The notes below the pieces were generated by a model. That model was not told the DNA's origin. It made no database searches and worked only from the letters and a program-made list of their open reading frames with translations. Shown one piece after another: positions 37,140 through 49,450 of a stretch of 64,000 bases of DNA. The DNA is from Octopus vulgaris (taxonomy: Eukaryota). Position numbers and translations under genes: made by a program. Each line of letters begins with the position of its first letter. Positions within the stretch are counted from its first letter, which is position 1. The stretch spans positions 9,982,001-10,046,000 of the forward strand of contig OX597819.1 of NCBI GenBank assembly GCA_951406725.2, given 5' to 3'.

Positions 37140-40100
37140 CCATGTCGGTCACCAGAGTGATATTTTGATCACTTTATAGGGCGTCTGAGTGTTGGTTTGG
37201 TGTCTGGAATGGGATAGCTTACCTCATGGGCAGGTGGAAGCTCTTTAGCCTTGGTTGGTAATCTACCTAGGAGAAAGAAATCTCTGAAATAAAACCTGAG
37301 GCTTTGGAAGTTCCTGGTTTTGTCAATTTTCATGTCACTCCAGCAAAACTCTTCTTGGGCCAATAGGTGGCAGTAGTGCAGTGTAAGCTACATCCACTGA
37401 AAATTATTCATCTGCACAAGTACTTCTAGTGCACCAATTCTTAGTAAAATCGTTGAATTGGTTGGTTGACAGAAACCTAAAAATGCACTTGTAACTTCTC
37501 TAAAATGTCTCAAACAGATTCAGTAAATGGCAAAAAAGGCTTGGGAACGTCAGGGGAAGAGGTCTAGGTTGGCAGGTGTCCCAGTGTATCACAGGCTGGG
37601 CCTGGGTCGTCATCCTGCCACTGTGGTCAAACAATCTTCAAGGAAAAGTGAAAATAAACATCCTTTGAATTTTGGTTGTTGGAATGTGCGCACACTTCTT
37701 GATGATGATTTGAACAAGAGACCAGAAAGGCGTACTGCACTTATTGCATGTGAGCTTAAGAAATATTCCCTTGATGTATTTGCGCTCTCTGAAACTCATC
37801 TCTCTGGTGAGGGTCAAGTAAGTGAACCTACTTATGGATATAACTTTCGGAGATGCCTACCTGAGGGTCAGCATAGAGAATCTGGTGTTGGGTTTTCTCT
37901 CAAGAATTCATTAGTATCCTCCACTACAGAATTTCCAAGAGGTGTTTCAGATCGAACCATGTCATGCTTCATAAAATTGACAAAAGATGAGTTTCTTACT
38001 GTTGTCAGTATTTATGCACCAACAGTATTTCATTCTGATGAAGATGTGGGGCAATTTTATGAGGATCTCGTGCAATTATTGAGGAAAGTACCAATTTCTG
38101 ACAAGCTGGTCATACTACGTTTCATGGCCTGTTTTAGGTCGACATGGGTTTGGAAAATGTAATACAAATGGAGTAGCTCTTGTGAAGTTTTGTACTGAGA
38201 ATAATCTGGTTGTCACCAACACTCTGTTTAAGCAGAAAAATAAATATAAAACCACCTGGATGCACCCAAGATCTAAGGACTGGCTTCTCATAGGTTATAT
38301 TTTGATCAGAAAGCGTGATATGAAAGACGTTTCTAGCGTTCAGGCCATGAGAGGAGCAGAGAGCTGGACTGACCATCGTCCAGTACATGGAAAAATAAAT
38401 TTTTTGATATTGCCTAAAAATTGACAGTCTAGTCCTAAGGTACCCAAAAAGTTAAATGTTGCAAACTTTAAATTATCAAGCAACTTACAAAGATTCCACA
38501 ATGCTATAGAAAGTACCAATCTTGACCCAAACAATCTATGGGAAAATTTCAAAACAAAAATATTTCAGACTGCAAGTTAGTCAGTGGGATTTAAATCACG
38601 TAAGACCAGTGACTGGTTCTCAGAAAGATCAGCAGAAATTCATGATATACTTTTAGAAAAACAAAACTTAGGCAATACACTTCTTTCTCGGTCCTTGAAC
38701 CCCAACTCAAACGAATCTTACAGAAATCTGAAAGGGAAAGTGCAGACTGCTCTACGGGAAATTAAACAGGAATGGTGGAATGATAAAGTGGGTGCAAGAT
38801 GCAGCTGATAGAAATGGTGCTAAGGGTTTGTACTCTTATGTTAAGGAGGTATTTGCCCCCAAATCCAGTGAGAACAGCAAATGGACGTTTTCTTCTGACA
38901 CCGCTTCTATTCATAAGCATTGGGTAGAACATTTTCCTGCACTTTTGAATAGACCATTGTCCATTGACATGAGGACGATAGAAAAATTAAACACCTTCCA
39001 GTTATGGAAGAGATGGCATTTGAACCAACTCTAAATGACATTTATGTAGTTGTGAATAAGCTGAATAACAATAAGTCTCCAGGGTCTGATGGAATCTGGG
39101 CAGAAGTCTTGAAATATAGGGGTGACAAAATGTTTGATCTCTTAAATATATTAATTTGTCACTGTTGGAGAACTGAGAAAGTGCCTCAAGACTGGATTGA
39201 TGTCTTTTTAATCTCCTTGTATAAATCAGGGCCAAAGGATCTCTGTGGTAATTTTCGTGGGATTTTGTTTTTGTCTGTGGTTGGAAAGGTACTTGCCTGC
39301 ATTCTGTTAGAACATTTAAATATCTTTATATTTCCAAATATAGTGTCTGAGTCTTAGTGTGATTTTCGTTCCTCCAGGGGCACAGTTGATTGTATCTTTA
39401 TTATCAGACAATGGCAAAAAAAGTGCATTGAACAGAATCTTACCCTGTACCATTGCTTTGTTGATTTGAGCAAAGCATTTGATGCTCTGTAGCTAATTCT
39501 AAGGAAAATAGGTTGCCTAGAAAACTTTGTAAAATTTGATCAGAGCTTTGCATCAAGATATGAAAACTAGACTTAACTTTGGTGGTAGGCTCTCTGAATC
39601 TTTTGCCATGGAAAAGGAGACCTTGATTCACCCACCCTCTTTGCAATATACCTTGCTGTTGTGTTGTCACATGCTTTTCAAAACTCTGAGGAGGTTATTT
39701 ACATAAAATATCGTACAGCAGGAAGTGTTTTTAATCTGACCAGACTGAAATTCAAAACGCGGGTTTTTACTTCACTCATTAGGGAACTTTTATAAGCTAA
39801 CGATTGCGATCTTGTCAGTCATTCTGAAACAGGTCTGCATTTGATTCAGCTTGTGAGGATTTTGGCTTGACCATCTGTTTGAAAAAAACAGTTGTAATGC
39901 ATCAACTGGTGTGTGGTGCTGTTTGTAACCCCCACCAAAATTTTTGTTAAGGGTAAGTTATTTGAGGTTGTTGATTCATTCATCTACCTTGGAAGCTCTG
40001 TACAAAATGCTGGAAATCTTGATACAGAACTACATCTGTGAATTCAAAGGGCAGAAAAAGCATTTGGTGGCTTAGAGTCAGTCGTTTGGTGCCAGCGACA

Positions 40101-41340
40101 TATAAATAAGAATACAAAGCTGGCTCTTTACAAATCATTTGTCATTCCATCCCTGTTGTATTCTGGTGAAACATGGACTTGTTATGAAAGGCATTTTAAA
40201 TGGTAAAAACAATTCCACCAAAAATGCCTTCATCGTGTTCTAAACATTAAATGGAGTTCTTTTACTCCAAACATCTTCAGGCATCACCTCAAATTAAAGC
40301 GATGATTTTTAGAAACCAAATGAAATGGCATGGCCATATGGTTTGAATGGTGGATGAACGCATGCCGAAATAGCTGTTTTATGGTGTTGGCTATAGCCTA
40401 GTCACCTGTATAGTTAACCAGGTGATACATGAAGGAGTCATACCCAATGACTGGTGTAGCAGCACCATAGTCAACTGCTACAAAGATAAAGGTGACGCTT
40501 TAGATACAAATAATTACAGAGGTATCAAGTTGTTGGATCAGGTAATGAAGGTCACGGAGAGGGTCATAGCCCAGCTAATTAGGGTGAGAGTCAGTTTAGA
40601 TGAGATGCAGTTTGGGTTCATGTCAGGGAAAAGAACCACTGATGCTATATTAAATGGAGTTCTTTTACTCCAAACATCTTCAGGCATCACCTCAAATTAA
40701 AGCGATGATTTTGAGAAACCAAATGAAATGGCATGGCCATATGGTTTGAATGGTGGATGAACGCATGCCGAAATAGCTGTTGGCATAAACCTAAAAAAAG
40801 GTTTAAGGATGGCACTAAGAAGTCACTTGGAATGGATCCAGAGGACATAGAAACCCTTGTTTGGATCGAGCTGGATGGTGAACAAATGTGTGGAGTGGAG
40901 TGAAAGTGTTTGAAGAGGCCAGGATGACACATGGAAGACTCAAAAGAAATTAAAGGAAGAATGTTACGACCAAGAAGGTGAGTCACAATGCCTTTTTTCT
41001 GTGCAGTTTGTGACAGACCATGCCGTTTCTTCACCAAACTCAAAACTCATTTGTGAACCCATGGAAAAAGGAACCTCCACCAACTACTCTGCCGATATGT
41101 CTGTGCACACCTTTGAATGCTGTGTATGCCATAAGGTCTGCAAATGTAACGGAGGCCTGAAAAGACATTTTAAGATCCACAAAGAGCAGAACTTATCTGC
41201 GGCTCTTGGTGTCAAATCGGATGAGCAATCTATGTGAGTGTCTTTTCAGAATATTGTCTGGTTTAAAAAGCCACATCAGATGCCATGATGGTACTAAGGT
41301 GTTGGTAGAGGAGGTAGTCAAACTCTGCATAAGGAGAAGA
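37140..41340 (+). mobile_element. Decayed near-full-length RTE (BovB-like) LINE with C-terminal C2H2 zinc fingers
   Basis: Endonuclease motifs GCWNVRTLLD..RPERRTALIACEL..FALSETH and TTWMHPRSK. RT motifs NKSPGSDGI, GNFRGI and FVDLSKAFD. C-terminal FECCVCHKVCKCNGGLKRHFKIH and LKSHIRCH. Many stops and frameshifts. Confidence 0.85.
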
Positions 41341-41384
41341 CATATATATATGTATGTACACATATATATATATATATATATGTA

Positions 41385-41632
41385 TTAGGGGATATAGCAT
41401 CACATGATGTGGAAGACAACTGGAGGTTTCTACGGAACAACCTGCTGAGGGCCACTGACCAGATCTGTGGATGGTGCAAAGTCCCCTCTCGACCCAAGGT
41501 AACATGGTGGAACAATGTTGTTGACAGGGCTATTAGAGAATAAAAACAGGCTTGGGAGGAATGGAAGAACGGTGATAGCAGGGAATTGTATCAAACTACC
41601 AGAAGGGAAGCTAGGAGATAGGTTTATTTAGC
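41385..41632 (+). mobile_element. Internal fragment of the young RTE family
   Basis: Homologous to ~31917-32166. Confidence 0.75.
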
Positions 41633-42750
41633 CTTTCAGCTATGGCACCCTCTTTATACACAGCACAAATGTTGCAAGCAGCTTTTGCAGCCTTAGAACC
41701 TTGATTAAAAGCAAAAAGAAGGTGTCGAAAATGCTCATTCTTCTTAATTTGACATTCCATTTTAATGATCTGAAAATAAACAAAAATAATGGCTTGTGAT
41801 TGGTATGCCAAGTTCAAAAATAGAAATTTTGACCTCATTCTGGCTGTCTAGTTGAATTCGATGAAGAGCGATTAAACCAACTGTTGCATGAAAATTCTCA
41901 TCAAACGACAAAGGAACTGGCAGAGAAAATGGAATGCTCCCACACTGCTATAGAGAAGCATCTTTACTCGATGGGAAAGGTTCAGAAGTATGGAGCATGG
42001 GTTCTGCATGCTTTAAGTGACAACTACAAAAATCAATGGGCTACAATCTTCACTGGTTTACTTGTTTGTCACCACTCAACTCATGGACACAAGCAACGAT
42101 TTCTTTACCAAACCATTACTGGTGATGAAAAATGATGCCTGTACATCAATATGAAACAGCGTAAGGAGTGGCTTAGCCCCGGTAAACAAGTGACCCGCGT
42201 GTGAAACAAGATTATCCACGTAAAATGGTGTTGTGCATATGGTGGGACTGGAAAGGGATTATCCATAACGAATTGCTTCAATGGAACCAAACGGTCAACA
42301 TGGAACTCTGTGTTCAATGGATGGAATGACTCAACATGGCTATTCAAGAGAAAAGACCTGATCGCCAGCATGGAGTTCTGCTGCTGTACGACAACACCTG
42401 CCCTCATATCGCCAATATGACCAAGGAAGCCATTCAAATGCATGGCTGGGAAGTGCTGCCACACCTACCATACTCTCCTGATTCCACACCAACAGATTTC
42501 CACCTCTTTTGATCTCTTTCAAATGCTATGTGTGGGGTTTCATTCAATACTGATGCAGAATTGAGAGCTTGGTTGGATCAATTTTTTGAGTCGAAATCGA
42601 GTGATTTCTACCAACGAGGTATTGAAAATCTTGTTGAACATTGGGAAGAAGTTGTAAACAACAAGGGTGAATACATTATTGATTAATTAGTTGTTATTTT
42701 TTATTAAACTTTAAAAAAAAAACGGTGGGAACTTAGTTGCCAACCCAGTA
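41633..42750 (+). mobile_element. Mariner transposon relic (5' part inverted, left TIR missing)
   Basis: WVLHAL, ITGDEK, YDNTCPH and PYSPDSTPTDFHLF motifs. Right TIR TTAGTTGCCAACCCAG followed by TA at ~42733-42750. The N-terminal MECQIKKNEHFRH..AIAER is on the minus strand. Confidence 0.9.
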
Positions 42751-42840
42751 TATGTATGTATGTACATATATATATATGTTTATATATATGTACATATGTA
42801 TATATGTATGTACATATATATATGTATGTATATACATAAA

Positions 42841-43157
42841 GGAGGCGCAATGGCCCAGTGGTTAGGGCAGCGGATTCGCAGTCAGAGGATCGTGGTTTCG
42901 ATTCCCAGACCGGGCATTGTGTGTGTTTGTTGAGCGAAAACACCTAAAAGCCCCATGAGACTCTGGCAGGGGCTGGTGGTGATCCCTGTTGTACTCTTTC
43001 GCCCTAACTTTCTCTCACTCTTTGTTCCTGTTTCTTGAGCAATGCTGCAATGGACTGGCATCCTGTCTAGCTGGTGGGAACACAACACATGCCACAGAAA
43101 CCGGGAAACCAGGCCCATGAGCTTGGCTAGGCTTAAAAAGAGCGCATAAATAAATAA
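42841..43157 (+). mobile_element. tRNA(Arg)-like-headed SINE, tail type 2
   Basis: Same head as 3552-3938 but a different 3' half ending GCGCATAAATAAATAA. Confidence 0.85.
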
Positions 43158-43408
43158 CATACGTAAAAGATCAAATGTCCTTCCTGGACCATAGGCTCAT
43201 AAGGTTTCACAGATTCTGTGTCATATATATTCTTCCTTAGACAGGTTGACATTCTGTCACAGGATTACTCATCTTTGCTAGCTGAGTGAACTGGAAAAAT
43301 GTGAAATGAAGGGTTTTGCTGAAGAACACTATGCATTGTCCAGTCAGCAATGAAAACCACAATCTTATGATTGCAATATCCGAAATTTTAAGCCATATAT
43401 ATGTGATA

Positions 43409-45993
43409 TCTATATATATAAAACTCTAGTTGTGTGAGTGTCTGTCCCCTTCGATTTAGATTCCTAACTACTCCCACATTTTGCGGTGCAGTTTAACCAA
43501 ATTCGGGTATCTTATAGTCGTGATTCATATCGAGCCCGTCTGAGTATTAGCGCGCGTCTACGATGAGTCTACGATTTTAAAAATAATTTAACATCATATT
43601 TTTCCATTTCTTCCAATTTTTTTCGTGTGTCGATGGCAGCGGAGTTGGCGTCCATGCTCACACCTGCACCTGTGTTGCTTCTCCCCCTTCTTCCCTCCCT
43701 CGTGAAGCTGTGGGGAAGGGAGTGTAAGGAAATCAACGTCGTAAAGCATTGTCAAGGAGACCAGCGTTCTTTTAGAACAACGACTTCATGGCTTGAAGAC
43801 ACCAAAACAGAAATCGCTAAAACAGCTGAAACAGATCCACAAAAACGGCAAAAACCGCCACACAGGGCAGGTTTCCTGTGCAAACAATTTGCACAACCGA
43901 ATGTTTTAGTTGTTGCACAAATCTTTATATATAAAAGAGAAGTTGTGTGTCTGTCTCCTACGATTTAGATTCCTAACTACTCCCACATTTTGCGGTGCAG
44001 TTTAACCAAAACTTATAGTCGTGATTCATATCGAGCCCTTCTGGGTATTAGCGTGCGTCTACAATGAGTCTACGATTTAAAAAAAAATTTACCATCATTT
44101 TTTCCATTTTAATGCATTTTTTCCATTTTAATGCATTTTTTCGCTATTATATAAGGGAAGTAACTCTCTAAAAATGTTTACGATGAGTCAATGATTTAAA
44201 AAAATTACCATCATTTTTTATTCCATTTTTAATGCATTTTTTTGCTATAACTCTCTAAAAATGCTTATATAGTTATTTCCCTTACAAACCCGAGCAACGC
44301 CGGGCGATACTGCTAGTCTTTATATATAAAAGTAAGGTTGTGTGCTGTCTGTCTCCTACGATTTAGATTCCTAACTACTCCCACATTTTGCGGTGCAGTG
44401 TAACCAAAAGTGGGTATCTTATAGTCGTGATTCATATCGAGCCCTTCTGGGTATTAGCGTGCGTCTACAATGAGTCTACGATTTAAAAAAAAATTTACCA
44501 TCATTTTTTCCATTTTTAATGCATTTTTTTGCTATTATATAATAATAATAATAATGAAATTATTGTATACAGTGCTCAGGTGCACCACAACTTGTCAGAA
44601 AGTGCATATAAAGTACATGCAGTAATGTAGAAATGTCTGGAAAGTGAACATGCTTGTTTGTGTATGGAGGGGAGAAAATCAAGTGTAGTGTTGGCGAATC
44701 TCAGGAAGCATGGAAGTCTTGAAGGATGCAGTGCTCCGACAACTAACAACTGATGCCGGCAGTTTGTTCCATGCTTCAGCAACTCTCAGCGTGAAAAAAA
44801 TGTTTCGTGAAGTCATGGGAGCTGTGCTGTTTTCTGACTTTGTAAATATGTCCACGGGTGTTAGATGGGTGGAGTTTGAAGAGGTGCTCAGTGTTATTGT
44901 TTGTGCGATGGTTGATAATTTTATGGGTGTCTGCCAGTTCGGCTGCCAGACGTCGGAGTTTCAATGTGTCCATGCCCAGAGAAGCAAGGCGTTCAGGATA
45001 TGGCAAATGCCTGATGGAGGGTATTCTTTTGGTTGCACGTTGCTGAACAGCTTCCAGACAATTGATGTCCTGGGCAAGATAGGGGTTCCAGACCGGTGAT
45101 GCAAATTCCAGGTGAGGTCTTACCATAGCTATATAAAGCCGCAGATAGATAGCTGGAGAGCGGCTCACAAAGGATTTGGTGAGTGATGCCAAGACACCCT
45201 CAGCCTTCTTGACAATTTTGGCGATGTGTTTTGTCCAACGCAAATCACTGTCGACAATAACACCCAGGTCACGTTCACTTGAAGACTTTTTGAGACTAGT
45301 GTTGTGGAGGGAGTAGGTGGACGCTGGGTTTCTCCTCCCAAAATGCATGGTGGTACATTTGTCCACAGCCAAAGGGAAGTAACTCTCTAAAAATTTATTA
45401 TTAAATCTCAGAACGTAAAAAGCTACAGTAACACCCCCCCCTTTGTGGTTAGCCATATTGAGTTGGCTATTATACTTTACATCTCTAAAAATGCTTATAT
45501 AGTTATTTCCCTTACAAACCCGAGCAACGCCAGGCGATACTGCTAGTACATATATCTATATATATATCTATATATATAAAACTCTAGTTGTGTGAGTGTC
45601 TGTACCCTTCGATTTAGATTCCTAACTACTCCCACATTTTGCGGTGCAGTTTAACCAAATTCGGGTATCTTATAGTCGTGATTCATATCGAGCCCGTCTG
45701 GCTATTAGCGCGCGTCAACGATGAGTCTACGATTTTAAAAATAATTTAACATCATGTTTGCTTCTCCCCCTTCCCTCCCTCGTGAAGCTGTGGGGAAGGG
45801 AGTGTAAAGAAATCAACGTCGTAATGCGTTGTGAAGGAGACCAGCGTTCTTTTAGAACAACGACTTCATGGCTTGAAGACACCAAAACAAAAATGGCTAA
45901 GAAAGCCCGAATTTATAAGGGAAGTAACTCTCTAAAAATGCTTATATAGTTATTTCCCTTACAAACCCGAGCAACGCCGGGCGATACTGCTAG
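43409..45993 (+). mobile_element. Cluster of four non-autonomous Helitron units (43409-~43920, 43922-44316, 44317-45546 interrupted, ~45555-45993)
   Basis: TC starts; hairpin plus CTAG ends at 44316, 45546 and 45993; exact CTAG|TC junction at 44316/44317. Confidence 0.85.
44541..45370 (-). mobile_element. CR1-clade LINE 3' fragment inserted in a Helitron
   Basis: KCTTMHFG..ERDLGVIVD..LYIAMVRPHLEFASPVWNP..LEAVQQRATK..TRGH; (TTA)n tail at 44541-44556. Confidence 0.88.
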
Positions 45994-46047
45994 TAATATA
46001 TAAAAAAGATAAATCTACTTGGAAATGGATGCATGGTGTTCAGTCAT

Positions 46048-46105
46048 ATAATAATATAAATAAAATATATATTGGCATATATACATATATGTACATACTG
46101 ACATA

Positions 46106-46149
<44 letters not shown>

Positions 46150-46612
46150 TACATGGGTGCAGGACGTCACAAAACATAAACAACATGAAATACGAAGGCA
46201 AACATTTTCTTTTTGTTTTGCAAACAATGATAGAAACAAATAGAAAACAAGACAAGTAGCATAAAGCATGGCTCTTTATCAGCTGTCGGCTGTTTATCTA
46301 CTCCACATTTCGAGCAATTTACAACAATATGTGCCTTCAAGAAAACAGTTGTTCCCGATAAACAGCCAACAGCTGATGAAGGGTCATGCTTTAGGTTACT
46401 TGTTTTGTTTTCTATTTGTTTCTCTCGTTCACCAAAAAAAAGTTTGTCTTTGTATTTCATGTTGTTTTTCGTATTTTGGATTTCATGTTTTCATATTTCA
46501 TGTTGTTTACGTTTTGTGACATCTTGTGCCCATATATGTGTATATATATACATATATATGTCAGTATGTACATATATGTATGCATATATGCCTATATATA
46601 TTTTATTTATAT

Positions 46613-46617
<5 letters not shown>
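46048..46617. repeat. Imperfect foldback element including flanking microsatellite
   Basis: ~46050-46298 is the reverse complement of ~46357-46615, e.g. GCATGGCTCTTTATCAGCTG / CAGCTGATGAAGGGTCATGC. Confidence 0.75.
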
Positions 46618-46658
<41 letters not shown>

Positions 46659-46660
46659 AG

Positions 46661-46696
<36 letters not shown>

Positions 46697-46749
46697 TGTA
46701 TACATATGTATATATACACATATGAATATATGTGTATATACACACACAC

Positions 46750-46781
<32 letters not shown>

Positions 46782-46915
46782 ATATGTTTATATATATATA
46801 TATACATATATATGTTTATATATATATACATATATATGTTTATATGTATATATATATATGTATATATATATATACACACATATATATATATACATATATA
46901 TACACATATATATCA
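46618..46915. repeat. (TA)n-rich microsatellite
   Basis: Directly visible. Confidence 0.9.
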
Positions 46916-47377
46916 GTAATAATAAGGATTATTATAAGGTAACATAGTATTACCTTTAATTACTTTTATATATATACAGCTTTGCATAGACCTACACATT
47001 TCAGCTGCACTGATTAGTAACCGTTGCGATTGCAAACTAATTCCAAATTGATAGTATAGTCTTTGTTTCTGTCTTTAAGAGACCAAATTAATTTACTAAG
47101 ACATACACAACCGCACAGGGCTTTCATAAATTATTGTTACAACTTCCCCAATTTATTGTATATCAAAATGTGTTGTGTGAAGCCAATGATATTCTTGTAG
47201 AAGCATTCTGATGTTTCTACTAAAACTTATACAGGTGCAAGTGTAGCTGTGTGGTAAGATGTTTGCATGGTTCTAGGTTCAGTTCCACTGCCCGGCAGGC
47301 ATCTTCTATTATTGCCGGAAGTGACCAAATCCTTGAGTGGATTTGGTAGTGAAGGAAGTCCATGGTATATCTATCTG

Positions 47378-47611
47378 AAGGTGGCGAGCTGGCAGAAACG
47401 TTAGCATACTGGGCGAAATGCTTAGTAGTATTTCGTCTGCCCGTTACGTTGTGAGTTCAAATTCCGCCGAGGTCGACTTTGCCTTTCATCCTTTCGGGGT
47501 CGATAAATTAAGTACCAGTTACACACTGGGGTCGATGTAATCGACTTAATACCTATGTCTGTCCTTGTTTGTCCCCTCTGTGTTTAGCCCCTTGTGGGTA
47601 ATAAAGAAATA
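47378..47611 (+). mobile_element. SINE family B inserted in an old family-C SINE (~47232-47740)
   Basis: 14-bp TSD ggtatatctatctg at 47364-47377 and 47612-47625. Confidence 0.85.
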
Positions 47612-47849
47612 GGTATATCTATCTGTCTATATATGTGTGTGTATTTTTGTGTTTGGCTAAAAAAAAAAAAGTATAAGTATTGCTGTTGATTTGTTTGACT
47701 AACCTGTCATGGTTGCATTCCACTGATTGAAACAAGTAATGTCGATGCATACCTACATATATATATATATATACACCCAGAACCACTCTGATAGCGTAAG
47801 AGTGAAATTTAGGATTTCTCAGTTTTCTGTGAATTGATTTTGATAAAAC

Positions 47850-48160
47850 TTTTCCCAGAATGTAATTGATCTGGCTACCAGAGTCACCTGATTGATAGGT
47901 TTTCAGGTGGCAGATCAAAAGGTTATTTGCATCACAGAATTCCAGTAGCTGTGTTCCCTCTTCGATTTGTGAACCAATTCTATGCTCTCCCCCCTCAAGA
48001 ACACCATGTAAGATACTGGGCTGCCATCCGACATACCCATTGAAATCTCCAGCCATGAAGATGAGATCATTGTCGCTCGTCTTTGAGGTGGCCTGTAGAA
48101 GAGTATCATAAAAGTGCTCCTTCTGTTCATTTCCTAGGCCCACTTGGGGCAGTGGGGGAA
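47850..48160 (-). mobile_element. RTE AP-endonuclease fragment
   Basis: PQVGL..KEHFYDTL..MAGDFNGYVG..LLEFCDANNL..SQINYIL. Confidence 0.8.
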
Positions 48161-48200
48161 TATATATGTATATATACATTATATATATATACATATATAT

Positions 48201-48578
48201 AGGCGCAGGAGTGGCTGTGTGGTAAGTAGCTTGCTTACCAACCACATGGTTCCGGGTTCAGTCCCACTGCGCGGCACCTTGGGCAAGCGTCTTCTACTAT
48301 AGCCTCGGGCCGACGAAAGCCTTGTGAGTGGATTTGGTAGACAGAAACTGAAAGAAGCCCGTCGTATATATGTATATATATGTGTGTGTTTGTGTGTCTA
48401 GCATTGCTTGACAACCGATGCTGGTGTGTTTATGTCCCCGTTACTTAGCGGTTCAGTAAAAGAGACCGATAGAATAAGTACTGGGCTTACAAAGAATAAG
48501 TCCCGGGGTCGAGTTGCTCGACTAAAGGCGGTGCTCCAGCATGGCCACAGTCAAATGACTGAAACAAGTAAAAGAGTA
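48201..48578 (+). mobile_element. SINE family C
   Basis: Full-length match. Confidence 0.85.
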
Positions 48579-48754
48579 TATATTAGTGTGTATATGTATA
48601 TAGTAAATGGAAACTCATTACAGGCCAAGCAGACAAGAAGAGAAATCTTCAGAGGAAGAACTGTCAAATGTTTTGGCCAGTTTGTTCCTGACATGGTATG
48701 GGAGCCTGAACCACCAAGGTAGTGACCCTTAAGTGTCCTCCTGCTGTTATTTAA

Positions 48755-48973
48755 CCCTTTAGTGTTCAGATTATTCAATCAAACATAATGTCTATCGATT
48801 CCCATTGATTTGAATTAATCATGCATTATCTTGTATCTTCAAGATCTTGATGGTGTAATTACTTAATGTAGAATAACATTGTAGGGTAGGTGTAAGAGCC
48901 TGGATCTGGTCAGTTTGAACATAAAACAGATTAAATATTTTGGCTGGATATGTTCGGTTTAAATACTAAACGG
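48755..48973. mobile_element. piggyBac-type MITE (family A)
   Basis: TTAA at 48751-48754 and 48974-48977; homologous to 2142-2361. Confidence 0.8.
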
Positions 48974-49242
48974 TTAAATGCCATCTGTAGTGGAGATTGA
49001 TCTCAAGACCTTTGGGTGATCTCCACTGCACAAACTTACACTGTTTCAATCTGGGTTTCTTTCCTCCTATGTTTAGTAGCTTGCTGTATTCTCTTGCAAT
49101 TTCCATCTATCATTCCTTTTACTCATAACCACATTGAGCTCTTCTCAGTTGTCTCTGACAAGCGTTTCATTGTTGCAATTCTTTTGCAACCCTTAATTTC
49201 AGATTGAGCTTGTAGTTGACACATGGATGTGGTGACAAATCC

Positions 49243-49450
49243 TCACATTCCAACTTCCACTGCTTTTACTGTGCACTTTCCCATCATGAATTGGTGTTGT
49301 TCATCTCCTTGGTTCTTGTAAGAGACTGTCAGCTCAATCAAAATGAGTCTGGCACCTGATTTCCACCAAAGGACAATATCTGATTCTTGATTTTGGGCAT
49401 GGGACAATTCATACTGATTAAATTTGGATAGGTTTTTGCATGAATCTGGG
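49243..49450 (-). mobile_element. RLE-type non-LTR retrotransposon remnant (HERO-like)
   Basis: ESDIVLW...LILIELTVSY...AVEVG resembles RPDIVLWS..IELTVPWE..PVEVG. Confidence 0.55.

Noticed and set aside
42841-42915. tRNA-Arg-like cloverleaf
   Set aside because: It is the SINE head continuing into a SINE body, not a stand-alone tRNA gene.
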